Source of the DNA: Epiperipatus broadwayi
Lineage: Eukaryota > Animalia > Onychophora
Reading direction: 5' to 3'
NCBI GenBank assembly: GCA_028023455.1
Contig: JAQFVV010000010.1
Span: 13,888,001 to 13,952,000, forward strand
DNA length: 64,000 nt
Translations under genes and position numbers: made by a program
Notes under the pieces: generated by a model
Seen by the model: only the letters and a program-made list of their open reading frames with translations
Databases searched by the model: none
Told to the model about the DNA's origin: nothing
Shown: in pieces, positions 1 to 13,705 of the stretch
How the letters are laid out: each line of letters opens with the position of its first letter
Position numbering within the stretch: position 1 is the stretch's first letter

Positions 1-1425
1 GATGAATTAGTGAACAAGGAGATAGAAGAAATTTTTTATATCGTTGTAATAAACTTACATTAACTGCCTAAAAATTTTTACAATACCTTGGCGAAAGTCC
101 CTAAATATTTTTAAATACTTCAAACACTAATATTTATAACTATTTTGACTCATTTGGAAATTGCAGGTGATAATGTTCTTATCGTGAGATTGGTTTTTAA
201 GCTTCATGCATATGTTTCATAGCATTATAGACAAATATGGTTTATGTTTATTTAGATAATATGAAACCAGATGAAAAAGTTTTTCGGAAAAAAAATCATG
301 ATATAGAAAAGATACAATGTATATTAAACAGATATTAATATGATTTTTAGAATCTCTGAGAAAAATATTAGACATTAAATATGCATCTTAAAAGAGTAGT
401 CGCTTTTGATTCACCCATAACCTTAGCAAGCTTTTATTTCATCTAGAGACATATAGTTGAGAGACATGCCAAATTATCTTGAGTAAATTATTGTGTGATT
501 AAACTTATTGTTTTTAATATACATTGGAAACATTAACAAAATTGTCTATTCTTATACTAAGTATTAACAAAAAAATTAAATCTTTAGATAGAGCTTTGGA
601 TAACATGGAATGTATGTGAAAGTTTACAATGATCTGTGGTTCTTTTATGTGTTCAGTTTAGATCTACACATGATATGAAATTTTTAAAAAATCATTTCAC
701 CGATTCTAATGGGATATAATGGCTAAATATTGTTTGACTCTTAATTTGGAAAAATAAAGCCGTGAAATATGCCTTTAAAGATCTAGTCTTTGTCTGAACA
801 CTGATAAACTTCCATTTTCCCAATATGGAGATAGGATCTTGAGATATGGAATATATTGAAAAGATTATAAAAAGAACCATTTCCAGCTCAGTATTGTTCA
901 AAAAAGCTCTAAAATCTTAGAGTTGATCTTGGCAGAGAGAAACTCAAGTGGCCTAGGAATAATAATCTCTGGTTGAGAAACTGGATAGATTATAAGTAGG
1001 AAAATTTGAAATCTAAATTTATTGACCATTCACAATAGACAAGCAAATATACATAAACTGTTTAGCTCATTTTTGATGAAATATTCCATATGAATATACG
1101 TCCAGAATAATTTACAAATATCGGAAACAAGAAGATAATCTATCCATGCAAACATAAATAGTAATTATAATAAATAATGAAATTAATGAACTCACAAATA
1201 CAGTTCCATGATAGTCTTATAGGATTAAAGGCCATCAGTACCCAGAAAAATCCTACAAGTTAGGAGCAAAAGTTATTTTCCTAAGACAGTAATGTATAAT
1301 AATAATTTACTTTTTTAAAAATTAGTTGGTTTATAAAACATTAATGATTGCATTTTACTTTCTTATTCAGAAGGATTGACAAGGTATTTCTGATTGTGCT
1401 TAGGAGAATATTGAGAGGTAATATA

Positions 1426-1774
1426 TATTTTTATATTGGACTATTTCCATCATCTAATATGTGTGTTGAATGTCTTTAGAAAAGTTTAATTTTATTTAAA
1501 TATTCCAAATGCATTCAACTGTTAGTAATATCACAGCAAACAGGTTAGTATATGCACTAACACCTGAAGAAGAGGGGAGAAAAATACCTCTCGAAACGTT
1601 GTGCATATACTAACCTGTTTGCTGTGATATTACTAACAGTTGGTGCATATACTAACCTGTTTGCTGTGATATTACTAACAGTTGAATGCATTTGGAATAT
1701 TTAAATAAAATTAAACTTTTCTAAAGACATTCAACACACATATTAGATGATGGAAATAGTCCAATATAAAAATA
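1426..1774. repeat. Fold-back: identical ~132-bp inverted arms (1426-1557 / 1643-1774), a 42-bp tandem duplication (1601-1642) and a 43-nt central spacer carrying a hammerhead motif
   Basis: Left arm tatttttatattggac...tatatgcac is the reverse complement of gtgcatatac...ccaatataaaaata; unit gtgcatatac...aacagttg is repeated at 1601 and 1643. Confidence 0.95.
1561..1603 (+). ncRNA. Minimal type I hammerhead ribozyme motif
   Basis: cac CTGAAGA a GAGGGG agaaaaata CCTCTC GAAAC GTT gtg: full core, 6-bp stem II, palindromic stem III (ACGT), 3-bp stem I. Confidence 0.7.
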
Positions 1775-4030
1775 CAGCTAGAACACCATCATCACAAACC
1801 TTCAGAAAAACACGAAATATATATTGTATATTTCTTTTAAATTTGTTTACAATATAACTGGTTAATTATATTTTATATTCTTGAAGTTGTTTTTGTTTTA
1901 TTTTATAACATGTATTGATTGATGTAAGCCATCAGATTCAAATTCTTGTCAGTGGAGCAAGCTGAAAAAATATTTCTCGGGCTGTTGAATTATCCATTGT
2001 GGAAGGCATAACTTTTAAAATGAAGTTCGATTTGAGTAAATTTATTTGTCTTAAAAGTAATAGTATTTACTATAGAACTATTTTAGATGTAGTAAAAATT
2101 ATTCTAGAAAATATTCATATTTGCCAATGAGTGAATTTAGTCCCATATGTTAAAATGAAATTAAATAGCATAAAATATATTAATCAGTCATTTCTTTTAG
2201 AAGCTAAGAATATGGTCATCTTTTGGGTAAACTATAGAGACCTTCAAAAAATTAGTCAAAGTTGAAGAAACTTTTGCACTGTTTATCTTTCATTTAACTA
2301 TTATGCTATCATTTTTAAAGTATTTATAAAAAATTTCTAAATATAGTTAATCTGGCAAAATTTTAAGGACCTTACAAATTTTCAAGTTGTCCGAACATTA
2401 CTCATTTTAGTATCACTTATGATTTATTTAATTTTGAATAGAGATAATTAAAAACATCATAATCACAGTTCAGTAAATAGCTGTAGGTGTAATCTAAAAC
2501 TTTTAGGTTACAGACCCTGGATTTTTCTTGCAAGTAATTAGGCTATAACCAATTGATATTCAGGAAGATTCTTTAATTCTCCCTAACTCATCAGTTGGTT
2601 AATGTAGTGAATAGTTTTTTTCTTTCACCTTCCATTTTGAAAGATTTTTGTCCTGCAATGAACTATTTAAAAGCTGTTTCCCTTCACCTATACTGTATAA
2701 CTAGTTATGACTTTTGTTTGGACTTTACATTTTATACAGAAATCTATATGAAGTTTCTATCTTTTATAAATAATATCTGCATCTTTTATTCTCTTTTTGC
2801 CTCCTATTTGTATTATATTTTCTTAACATCCCATTACTAATTTCTCTATAACTCAATGGTCATAAAAGATTGTGTTAGCAAGCTAAGCATCATTTCAAAT
2901 GGTCCAAAAGAAAGCAACCAAATTGTTTTTGTATACTATGTAGAAAGTTTATGAACATGTGGATATTATTCATGTAATCACTAACAGTCGATATCAAATT
3001 ACAACCTAATAATATCAGAATGCTAAATATAATTAAAAAGTGTATATGTTATGTATATATACACGAATCAAACTAAATAATAAATAACTTTTGTAAATTG
3101 TCACTCGATTAATTTTTTAAAATGGTACCTTCATTTGCGCATGAAAATCGATTTGATATAAAATAAATTGCATATAAACCAGTTGTCTGTTATTTAGACT
3201 TATGTGTAATTCGATTGATTAAATGTTTGTAAGTTTTTGATAATACTATGGTCATATAAGTTACTGGAAAATGGCTAAGAAACAATATAGTAAATCTATA
3301 TAAAACTAAACTTATAATGCAACCAAAGAATTATTAATGATTCAATATATTTATGAAATCAATATGATTAGTTCATTTCCCTTCCACCATCTCTGGATGA
3401 AGTCTGTATTGAGTAAAACTTTGAATTTTTTTTCCAGTTTGCAAGCAAGCTTTGGATTTTTTTCTTCTAAATAGTTGACCATCTAGCAATGAATAAAGCC
3501 ATCTTTATTTTAGATGACTATTGGAGAACTATTTGCCTTGCAGTTGAGATAGTCCACCATATTTTAAATTTATTAATTTTTATTTAGGTTGTTTATTATT
3601 TGTGGCTTGTTTATAGAGATTTAAGAATACATTGTCCATTTATTACTTTAGACATTAATAAGACATAAATTTATATTTTTTCAAAGCTAAAAGATCATCT
3701 CTGGGTATTGTGCAATCAAGCAATAAAATTTTTTTTTTATAGTGAATGATTGACGATCGTCAGAAATATCTCATTGTAAATTATTGCTTTACTGCAGTGG
3801 ATTCAAATAACAAGTTCATATTAATATATACTTTTTTGATCTTTAAATTGTAGTGATTACATATGTAAATTTATGATTTAAATCATAAATTTACATACTT
3901 TATTTAGTATATCATTCTATAATTTATATATTTAAGTCTATTTTGGGAATCTTACCTGTTTTATATTTCATTGACAAGTGATTTCAATAATAAAACAGTA
4001 GCTTATGAAAACTTTCTTAATTAGATGCAC

Positions 4031-4735
4031 TTATTAAAACAGGCAAAACTTTCCATACAGTAGTGCCACTCAGTGCAAGCCAGAGTAATCAATGGATGCC
4101 AGAAGGCTTGTGCATAAAATCCCTATCTAGTGCCTACTCATCTAATATCCCCAGACTAGTGTCTAGCTTGTGGCTTTTGTCAGTGAGGAACCTTGGATCT
4201 GTGAGCATTGCACTTAAATCTTAGGATCTGATGCAACCTTCCAGCAGCCACCTTTTATCTCAACTACAAAACTATGAAAATAAAATTGAAAACACAATAT
4301 TTTCAATCCAAACTCATTAGTTTATATAGTCATATAGGTCTGAACTCAGTTCAGTACCCATAAATTGTGGTGTCTTTGGTTCTTTAATAACCATAGCCAT
4401 CACTATCCTATTAGACAGGATTGGTGTTAAACCACTAAACATCTCACCATTTCTTATGCTTGCTCATAACTTATTAAAACAGGCAAAACTCTCCATACAG
4501 TAGTGCTAAAGGCTTGGGTCAATGCTCCTCACTGACGAAAGCCACAAGCTGGAAACTAGTCAGGATATTGGATGAGTAGGCACTAGATAGGGATTTTTTG
4601 CACAAGTCTTCTCGCATCCATTGATTACTCTGGCTTGCACTGAGTGGTATTACTCTATGGAGAGTTTTGCCTGTTTTAATAACAGTTATGAGCAAGCATA
4701 AGAAATGGTGATCATGTGATGTTTAGTGGTTTAAT
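4031..4735. mobile_element. Family A HHR-bearing non-coding repeat, head-to-head insertion (locus A1)
   Basis: Minus arm 4031-4510 exceeds one 440-bp unit (ttattaaaacaggc at 4031 and 4471); plus arm ~4521-4735; HHR motifs at 4148-4189 (-) and 4526-4566 (+); degenerate TSD 4018-4034 / 4732-4747. Confidence 0.85.
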
Positions 4736-5673
4736 AGATGTGCTTATGTTCAAAAATTTCTCATTTACGAATATTGGTGTATATATATATATGTGTGTAT
4801 AATACAAATAAAATGTTCACTAATTAAAAAACTTGTAATAGAATTAAGGAATTAACCAAAAGTACTTCTGCAGATTGAAAGACTATGCATACATAAAGTT
4901 TGTATAACTAATTTAATTTATGAATCCAGCAGCACTGACAGAAATCAATCATATCATCACTTCAGAATTCAGATCTTTGAGAACCTTATGCTATGTTGAG
5001 CACAATTCTTTCCTTAGATTAAGGAACCTTTAGCTCTTGAATCTGCTGCTCTCACTACTATGCCACAGGATAACGTGAAATGCAAAAGAAAATTATTGTT
5101 TTATGAGAAATATTGATTTGTAACACACATAGAAATTTTTTATTCACTTAATAGAAAATTTTATTTCAATTTATGAATATATATTTGCATCTTGGCATAT
5201 ATTAATTGATCACCTATTTTATATAAACATTGATTAACCTGAATACTTTCTTAAAGGAAAGAAGCCTGAATAATTTTATAATGAATGAACACCCATCTAA
5301 GTTTTTGTTTTCGCCTTTTTTTTTTTTTAACTTTTTATATCTGTGCATATAACACACATATATATAGTAGTTTACAATTTTTAATTAAGAGCTTGTTTGA
5401 GCTATTGGTACGCTCTCTGTATTGCATTTTTGTAATTACAAGCTTATTAAAAGTAATGTCAAGTTATATATGACTTGCTTTTTTATTATTATAATTTTTA
5501 ATCAAGTAAATAATTCAAAACATTTCATAAAAATTTAATTACAATAAATTCAATATACGTTAAATAATTTAATGAATTGATGTAACACATATGTAAGATT
5601 GAGGTATGTAAATTATTAAATATATGTAATTTTATAGTTTATCACACCGACTTTGCATAAAAAATGCTAATCA

Positions 5674-5755
5674 ACGTTGGTGGCCTAGCGGTTAGCGTAG
5701 CTGCCTTCCAAGCAGTCGGCCCGAGTTCACTTCCCGATCAACGCTTTGACATATA
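5674..5755 (+). mobile_element. tRNA-Gly(TCC)-derived pseudogene or very short SINE
   Basis: acgttggtggcctagcggttagcgtagctgccttccaagcagtcggcccgagttcacttcccgatcaacgc closely matches eukaryotic tRNA-Gly(TCC), with mismatches in the D and T arms; followed by the tail ttgacatat seen in the copies at 26055 and 49874. Confidence 0.75.
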
Positions 5756-6980
5756 TTTTTAAAAAAAATTTATATAATATTTAAATAACTGAAATACCCT
5801 ATATATTATAATATTTAAATGTAAAAAAATTTTTTTTTTAAATATGTACCTCGTCTTTATAAAATCAATCAATTCAAACACTACCCGTATGTTACACAAC
5901 CAAATGTTAATAAGATATATTAATAAAGATACTAAATATACTTTATTACCAAAATACACAAATATATTAAGACCATTGATGGTCATTGTTAATTTTAATG
6001 ATGTGTGTGCCAATGTTACTTATATGGAATATTATAAAGACACAACTAAAAGGACATTAATATGCATAACTTTTTCCACTTATTTTGAGGGAAAATTTGC
6101 AATGACTGTTGGTATTGCTGCAAACAAATTTATATAGCAGTCAGATGATCCTATGAATAATAGAATGTCTCCTGCCATTGCAATCTAATCTACAGCAACA
6201 AATGCCAGAGTAATTCAGTACTATTACAGAATAGTTCACACATTGTACTATGCTAATAAGTAATTTCTTTTAATGTAGTAGGCGGTATATTCAACTTTTG
6301 TAGTAAACTAAGTAATGCATATGCTAAGTAGAAGTGCAACACCATAAGATAATTTGTACTTATATTTATGGGTCTGGACTGTAGTTGAATTAGAACCAGA
6401 GTCTAATAAATATTGAAATAATTATCACTTCCTTATTGAGTTCAGCAAAAAATAAGTGGTGAAATTGATAGCGGCTGCCTCATTTGAAGAATTTTTGATA
6501 CCACATCCAGATAACTGGATAATATATATGGACTGATTCCATGGTCTTTCTAAATGTCACTTGCATTACTAAACCTGAAGTCAACATTAGTATGTGTGAC
6601 TTGATTAAGCACAAGATATTGTAGGCACAAAGTGTGTCTTTTTGTGCATCTTTTCAAGTTTGCCATGTGAAAAGACAATCAAAATTTTTACTTCTTTTGT
6701 CTAACCCATTAATTATATTACACCGTGATCAATTTATTCAAAAAAGTCAAGTCATATATAGGAAAAGTATAATTTCATGACAAATCAATCAAGCTACCTA
6801 ATACTGATGAATTTGATAGTTTCACTGCAGCATGTTCTATATATCAAGTTGTTTATTAATATTTGCTGAAACTTAAGCAAACTAAGCCACACCATTGGCA
6901 TATGGAAATTCAGAAATAAAAGCTGCAAGATTACAAAATAATTATAGAGATAGGCCTAAGATAATATAAAGACCAATCCA

Positions 6981-7858
6981 CATACTTTGGTATTATTCCT
7001 GCTATGACTTATTAGTCCAGTGATGTTTGCATCCAATAATATTTAATCAAAGTTTCTGTTTATGATGTCATGACAACCAAGAATCCTGACATGACTAATC
7101 TATGTCAAATAAACATCCTTTTTATTTTAGAGATTAAATGGTTCAGTCAGCCTCTCCATCCACACACACGCACACAATATAATACATTTCTCACATCATT
7201 TGTAAGTAATCTGGTTTTATATTTAAAAATACATTTACAGCTAAAACTTTATATATTTGTGTTTGTTTTTTGCTAAAACTTTAGATATATTTTTTTTTTT
7301 TTAGAAAAAAAAATTTAAAATATAATGTTAAACTTACTGTTAAAATTATGTTACTGTTCGCCATTTAAAAAATGTATCTGGATTCTTTTTCATATTTCTC
7401 CTTCCATAATGAATATATTTCTCCAGCGTTGGAAATAATTTTTTTTTTTTTAAGATTTGAAGTTTGGTATTACACATGCTATAGTTTTCCTGGAGGGAGA
7501 GGGATGGCTTTGATGATTCAAAGTGTTGTACTAAAAAGGCACAACTTCAAGTATCTGTTTTATTTAGTATCATAATGTCATTTTTCCTTTTTCCATAATG
7601 AATATATGTCTCCATTTTTTTTTTTTAGATTTGAACTTTCATATTACACATGGCATGACATTACCCCCAGTGATATATTATTCTAAGTTTGTGATGTGTT
7701 TAAAATAACATCTCCAATAATGCTTCCATGGGATCTGTGGACAAATTTTATCAATAGTTTGTCTGCAGATTCCTTGGAGGTGCTATTTTAAACATATCAA
7801 AAACTTAGAATAATACATCACTGGAATATGTTGTAGCAGGAATAATGCCAAAGTTCCC
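6981..7858 (+). mobile_element. Family D non-autonomous element with terminal inverted repeats (copy 1)
   Basis: Ends actttggtattattcctgctatga / tagcaggaataatgccaaagt; collinear in reverse orientation with 35971-37081; internal ~210-bp duplication and a hairpin at ~7665-7830. Confidence 0.65.
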
Positions 7859-8390
7859 CAATTCAGACAATTGCTGTAAGGCAAGTACTATCCAGGAAAA
7901 TAATATTTCATGAAATAAGCTTTCAGATATTGAAGTATTTAGACATAAAATATAGGCAAATAATGGAAAAATCAACAAAGCAAAATTTCTATTCTTTCAT
8001 TTATATGAAATGTAATTCAGAGTCAATGATTTCCAAAAAAACAGGAGGGAGGAAGAAATAACATTAAAGGCAGTTCAAAACTCAATAATTGAATTTCAGG
8101 ATAATATTGCTGCTAGATAATTCATAATAAACATACACAGGCAATTTTTTCTGAAGACCAACACAATCTAATAGGGGTTGTCCTGTGAGCAAATGTAACA
8201 AAGTCTGTCAATTGCTGGTGGAAATCACTTTTCACCAAGATCAAAAGATAAAATTATACTGCCATCTAGTCAAAAGTAGATGAATTGTACTGCCTCCTAC
8301 TGAATAGCATAATAAAAGTAGCTACCTATACAGAATGAGCCATGCCTGTTGGTTTCATTATTAAAGTAAATTGGGAGATTACAAATTCTT

Positions 8391-8956
8391 TTTTTTCTCA
8401 AAGCAACTTTATTAAGTCACTAAAGTATGATCCACCTGTGCAGGGACCACATTCTGTCACCTGCAGCAGTAGGCCATAGAGGCTACAATGTTACATTGAT
8501 GTTCTGCAACTGGGTGGTGGCTCAAAGCAACAGAACCACCTTATACAATAGATTAGGTATTACAGGTATATAAAAAAATACATTCCAAGTACGAACATCA
8601 AGAAAAAACACAAAAAGAGGGGGAAAAGGACATGAATTATCACAGATCAAATGTCAGTCAATCAAGGGGATGCTACGTCCATTTGAGGAGAGTTCATTTG
8701 GGACAATCAACTCTCAGCCCACCTGGCAAGTCTCCAAGCAGCTCCCCCAGACATATCCATGACCCATCAGACAACTCAGTTTAGTGAGAACCCAGACCCA
8801 CTCCTTGGACAAGGTTAAGCTGCTTCGGCCCCTGCTGTAATGGGTGTGACATAGGTTCAGCATGTCCGGAACACCAACCAAATCAGAGAGAGCCACGAGA
8901 ACTTTGCCAGATCTCTCTAAACTTGTGTGTGGTGATGATCGCTGATCAATCCTGCT
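8391..8956 (-). mobile_element. 5'-truncated non-LTR retrotransposon 3' end (L1/Tx1-like)
   Basis: GC-rich 566-bp insert flanked by a 14-bp TSD gattacaaattctt (8377-8390, 8957-8970); AATAAA followed by an A-tail on the minus strand; residual ORF 8714-8896. Clade call is tentative. Confidence 0.7.
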
Positions 8957-9014
8957 GATTACAAATTCTTATTAGTTGACAACTATTTTCTACTGTGTAT
9001 TAAATACTTAATAC

Positions 9015-9860
9015 ATGGAGTGAATCACTCTCCCTCCAGCTATGAATTAAAAGCATTCTAAATATCGATCCAAGGGCACCTATTCTTAGAGCTCTGATGT
9101 TTATAATCATACCCTTTGGCAACATTGTTCAGAATTTGGAATGAAATTAATTTATCAGCCAGATGGAATATGGCATTTAAGAGTTATTAAATTCATAATC
9201 TTTTATACAAGTTGGAAACAGAATCTATGATTGTGATAATTAGATAAGATTTAATTCATAAACTTTAAATTAAACATAGCTTAATTATATGTAAACAAAG
9301 GGAGTGAATCACTCCCACAGCCTGTGAATTAAAAACACTCTAGATGTTAAACAAAGGATCAAGAATAGAATGAATCCACCTATTTTTTGAGTTATGTTTA
9401 TAAGCATATCTTTGTCAACATTGTTGGTGATTCAGAGTGAAATTAATTTATCAATCAGATGGAATATGGCACTTAAGAATTATTACACTGCTAAGCAATT
9501 ATAACCTGGGGACATGTGATGCACTCCCTTTGTTTACATGTTCATCGAGTTATGTTTAATTTAAAGTTTGCGTATTAAATCTTACCTAATTTTAACAATC
9601 AAGGTGTTTAAAGAGATTCCGAGTTCAGCCCTGTTTAATTATGAGTTCAATAACTCTTAAGTGCAATATTCCATCTGACTGATAAATTAATTTAGGTATG
9701 AATTAGCACATTGTTAAGTAAAGATATGCTTATAAGCGTCAGAGCTCCATGAATTGATGGATTCATTCTATTCTTGATTTTTTGTTCAACATTTAGAGTG
9801 CTTTTAATTTGTAACCTGAGGAAGAGTGACTCACTCCCTTTATTTACGTATATATTGAGT
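9015..9860. repeat. Family C: ~284-bp tandem unit followed by an inverted copy
   Basis: ggagtgaatcactc at 9017 and 9301; reverse-complement segments at ~9520-9860 (cactccctttgtttacat, gagtgactcactccctt). Confidence 0.8.
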
Positions 9861-10013
9861 TATTAAATGCATAACCAGTGGGGCAACTTTTTTTACTAAA
9901 ATTGACATTTAAAATGCTTATCATCAAAATCCTGTAGATAATGAGTTGAGCAATAAATTATAACTCACAAGGAGTTATTCAAGATAGAAAGGTTAGTCTT
10001 TGGGAATAAGTGA

Positions 10014-10275
10014 CCAACTATATTTCAGTATTTCATGAATCAATTAGCAGAGAAGAGTAAATTTAAGGTAAGGAAAATTGAGTTCTTTTGTTTCAAGATA
10101 AATGTACCAATGATTCATCTTTCTAAAAATAATTTAGAACAGTATTCCCAACTATATTTCAGTATTTCATGAATCAATTAGCAGAAAAGAGTAAATTTAA
10201 GGTAAGGAAAATTGAGTTCTTTTGTTTCAAGATAAATGTACCAATGATTCACCTTTCTAAAAATAATTTAGAACA
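10014..10275 (+). repeat. Tandem duplication, 134-bp period, near-identical
   Basis: ccaactatatttcagtatttcatg at 10014 and 10148. Confidence 0.95.
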
Positions 10276-13200
10276 ATCTTAAAAGCTAAGATACCCATAA
10301 ATATAAACATCTGTAAATTTTCTTGAATTGGGTAAACTACTATGAGAGATTTGTCTGCAAAAGAACTGACATAGTGGATCCATTCTATGAGATACTACTT
10401 GAAGTAGTAAAATAAATATGGGGAGTAAAAACTATTATGTTGACAAAAATCTGATGTTTTGTGGTATCTTAGGGATGGAAGCAGTTTTCATAGCAAGCAA
10501 AACAGTTCAGGAAACCTGGTGGCATTTGCATCACATATCAAAGTCATGCATAATTATATTTAGATTAATAAAGAAGCTACAGCCATAGTATCAGTTACCA
10601 AAAAAATTTAACTAGGAATAAAAATTAAAAATAACTGTTACTGAGAACTTGTAACTGAAAGGGTATTACCATGGCAGCCATTGCCAATAATGATGTGTTT
10701 ATTTAATCTATTTCAAGTTGAAATATAGATAGTGTAAGAATGATTCTCACACAGATAATCTGAATTATGTGCCTATAAAGGGGAAAGAATAGGTTGGGGC
10801 AGAGAAATTAAATATGATAGCATTACTAGTCAGCCAAAAATTACCTATAAATAATAGGAGCATAGATTAATTTGAACCAAGAATATAAAAAAATTCTAAA
10901 GTGGATAAAATCCAGTTGGCCTAGCAATTAACTACAAAATATTCCAAGTCTGATGCAATTAACTTATTTTAGCAAACAATCACATCTCTTGAAGATTGTT
11001 TTATGTTATTCCCACCGAAATAGTAATCATATTTTAGATCTTCACTCCCACTCTGGAAAAATATGTTTGAAAATGTTGTCATATTTATTGATAATGCTAA
11101 ACATAGAACATACTGTCTAAAAATAGCAGTTAAAGAATCCTGGTATACAAGTTTTTGGAGGAGGAGGAAGAAGTTCCTAATAATAATGTATGGTGACTAT
11201 CTAATATTGTTAGAAATTGATAATCTAAGAGTATAGATTACTTGACATACAATCACATGTAATCATATCTGATAATGAAGTAATATTTATTTCTGCTCAA
11301 TTTAAAAATGTTTGCAACTCTAACAGCACGAAACATTCTGTCCCCATTTCATCCAGAAAGTAATAAACAAATGGAAGTGATATTCATTAATAGACAAATG
11401 AAAGCTGGAGCATTCTTATCACATGATAAATCTATAGATTGTTAAAGAAGTACAGTTTCAGAGTATATAAATCTTGTTCACCCTAAAGGGAAAACAGAGA
11501 AAATACTTATCCAAAAAAGCATAGTGGAAAATAGGAGATATGATCCTATACACAATGTGCCATAGAAAATCAAAATGACTTCCTACAATAATAAGATAAT
11601 ATATAACATACTTGTAGTAAAAACATCAAGGGGAAAGCTGCACAAAAACACATAAGCTAATTAAAGTCAAAGAGCAAAACAATGGAGAATAATAATTAGT
11701 TCTACGGGTAATCCAAAGAGTGATCAATAGATTCCAATGAATAGAATAATAAATTATCTAAAGAGCTGATCAGCAGGAAGCAGACCATTAAAGCTCTTAG
11801 GCACCAATAACACCTAGGAATGACACAGGAGAGCAAGGAGATATTGCAGAAGATGTAGAAGTACAAGCATCAGCAGTTATTACAACTATCATATAGAACT
11901 ATATGCATCATTTATACAGTACAGACCATACCCAATGAGAAATCTAAATGACTACCAGCCACAGTTAGAAAAAGTGAATATCATTTGTTGTAGAGATACC
12001 AAGAGCCAATTAAACCAGAGCAGATAGAATTCAACTAAATCAACAGACAACTTAAGTGTCCATAATTTAGAGCAACAGACAACCTTTGAGAACATATCAA
12101 AAGAGTCCAATAATCAGAAAAAAATACAACCTAGAACAAAAATTGAGTCTAGCAATCATTACATCAGTCTAGAAAGCTAATTAATAGAACTCTTACAAAT
12201 CAAAGTTAACAGAATACCAGGGAAAGAATAGCACAATTGAATAAAGATATATGGCAAAAAATGAAGACAGCCCAAATATCTGCAAGTTTATCATTTGTAT
12301 AGCTTCATCAGACTTGATAACTAAATGAAAAAGAATATAAATTATTTCTGCAAACAAATTCATGTTGAAGTCGGTGATGTGATTTAATGAATAAGAGTTT
12401 TCCACAATCATAGTCCAATCTTTTGTGGTTTATGCACTATTAGAATTCATTTACAAACTGGACATTGCAGATGATCTCTCGCTACTTTGATGAACAGGTG
12501 TTTATGCCCTATGCTAGTAGGGTGAACAATATTTTATTATAGTAGGCAATAAGCTCCATTTATATTCTTTAGAAGACTAAATAATGTAGAGTTAGATAAA
12601 AGTATAACTGCCATAGGAACTAGGTGAGTATTCCTCCGCTGCTGATGTTTTATCTTTATTATGAAGTTGTTGCCCTGCGTGGTTTAATAAAATAATAGAA
12701 TGACGGACTGCGGAGCTCAAGGTATCAGTCACTTCCGGCATCCAAACTGTTTATGAACTTCCGATCAATTATTAATATTATAAAGCTGTTGTTTATAAAA
12801 GTATACAGTCGGGTTTTTTTTTTAAAGCGTTTTAATAATACTTCAAATATAATGCAACAATTAATAATCCTTGTTTTATAATGGCGTTAACGTGAGATTT
12901 CCATGCGTGATTTTTTTTTTTGTTAGTTTGTATCTTAATTGGCTTTGGATTGTTTAGAAAAAGTTGTTTTTTTTTTAAAAAAAAAAAAGTTCATTCAAAG
13001 TGTTATAATTTTTCCCAAAATATAATTCTGCACGATTCTATTATAAGGCTAGGAATGCATCCCATTTGATTTTTAGGTTGTTAAAAATTTTTTGATAAAA
13101 TACAACGTGTACATGAAAAATAATACTGCATTTTTTTTTATTATTGTTTGTTTTGGCTTTATGTCACAAAGATAACATTTTTCATTTAAAAAAGAAAACT

Positions 13201-13574
13201 AGAATAAAAATAAATACAAACAATGCAGAATAAATGTCCTAAATTCTACAGGTAAAAATAAATTTAGGGCTCATCGTGCATAGCAATGTCACACATACAT
13301 CACCACTGAACAACACTTTGATTTTGTTTTTTCTTATTGCTTATCATTATAAAGCTGTTGTTGCAGAACTGTAGAATCGGCGTTTTTTTTTTATTTACAG
13401 AGCTTTAATAATACTTTGAATGTAGTTTTATTAGTAAGCCTGAAAATGCATAGGAAAGCGTCTATGTTTTCTGTTTTATTGTGTTTTTTGTCCCGTGAAG
13501 ATTACAGGGAGCTTTTAATGCAAATGGTACATTATATCATATTAATTTCTACATAAGTATGTAATTTGCTTATA

Positions 13575-13682
13575 AACATCACATGACCACCACTTCTTAT
13601 GCTTGTGTATAACTGTTGTTGAATCCATTGATTACTCTAGCTTGCTGTGTGTGGCAATACGTATAGTGAGTTTTGTCTGTTT
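13575..13682. mobile_element. Family A head-to-head mini insertion (locus A4)
   Basis: Minus fragment (aacatcacatgacc...) fused to plus fragment (...gttttgtctgtt); exact 13-bp TSD taatttgcttata at 13562-13574 and 13683-13695. Confidence 0.85.
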
Positions 13683-13705
13683 TAATTTGCTTATACTGAA
13701 TGTTT

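Noticed and set aside
5980-6360. Minus-strand hydrophobic translation with LAFVAVD*IAMAG, reminiscent of a GPCR helix 3
   Set aside because: Several stops and only one weak motif; needs BLASTx and cannot be supported by eye
12690-12760. Slightly CpG-richer patch with an ETS-like acttccgg motif
   Set aside because: A single short motif with no associated gene start is insufficient for a promoter call
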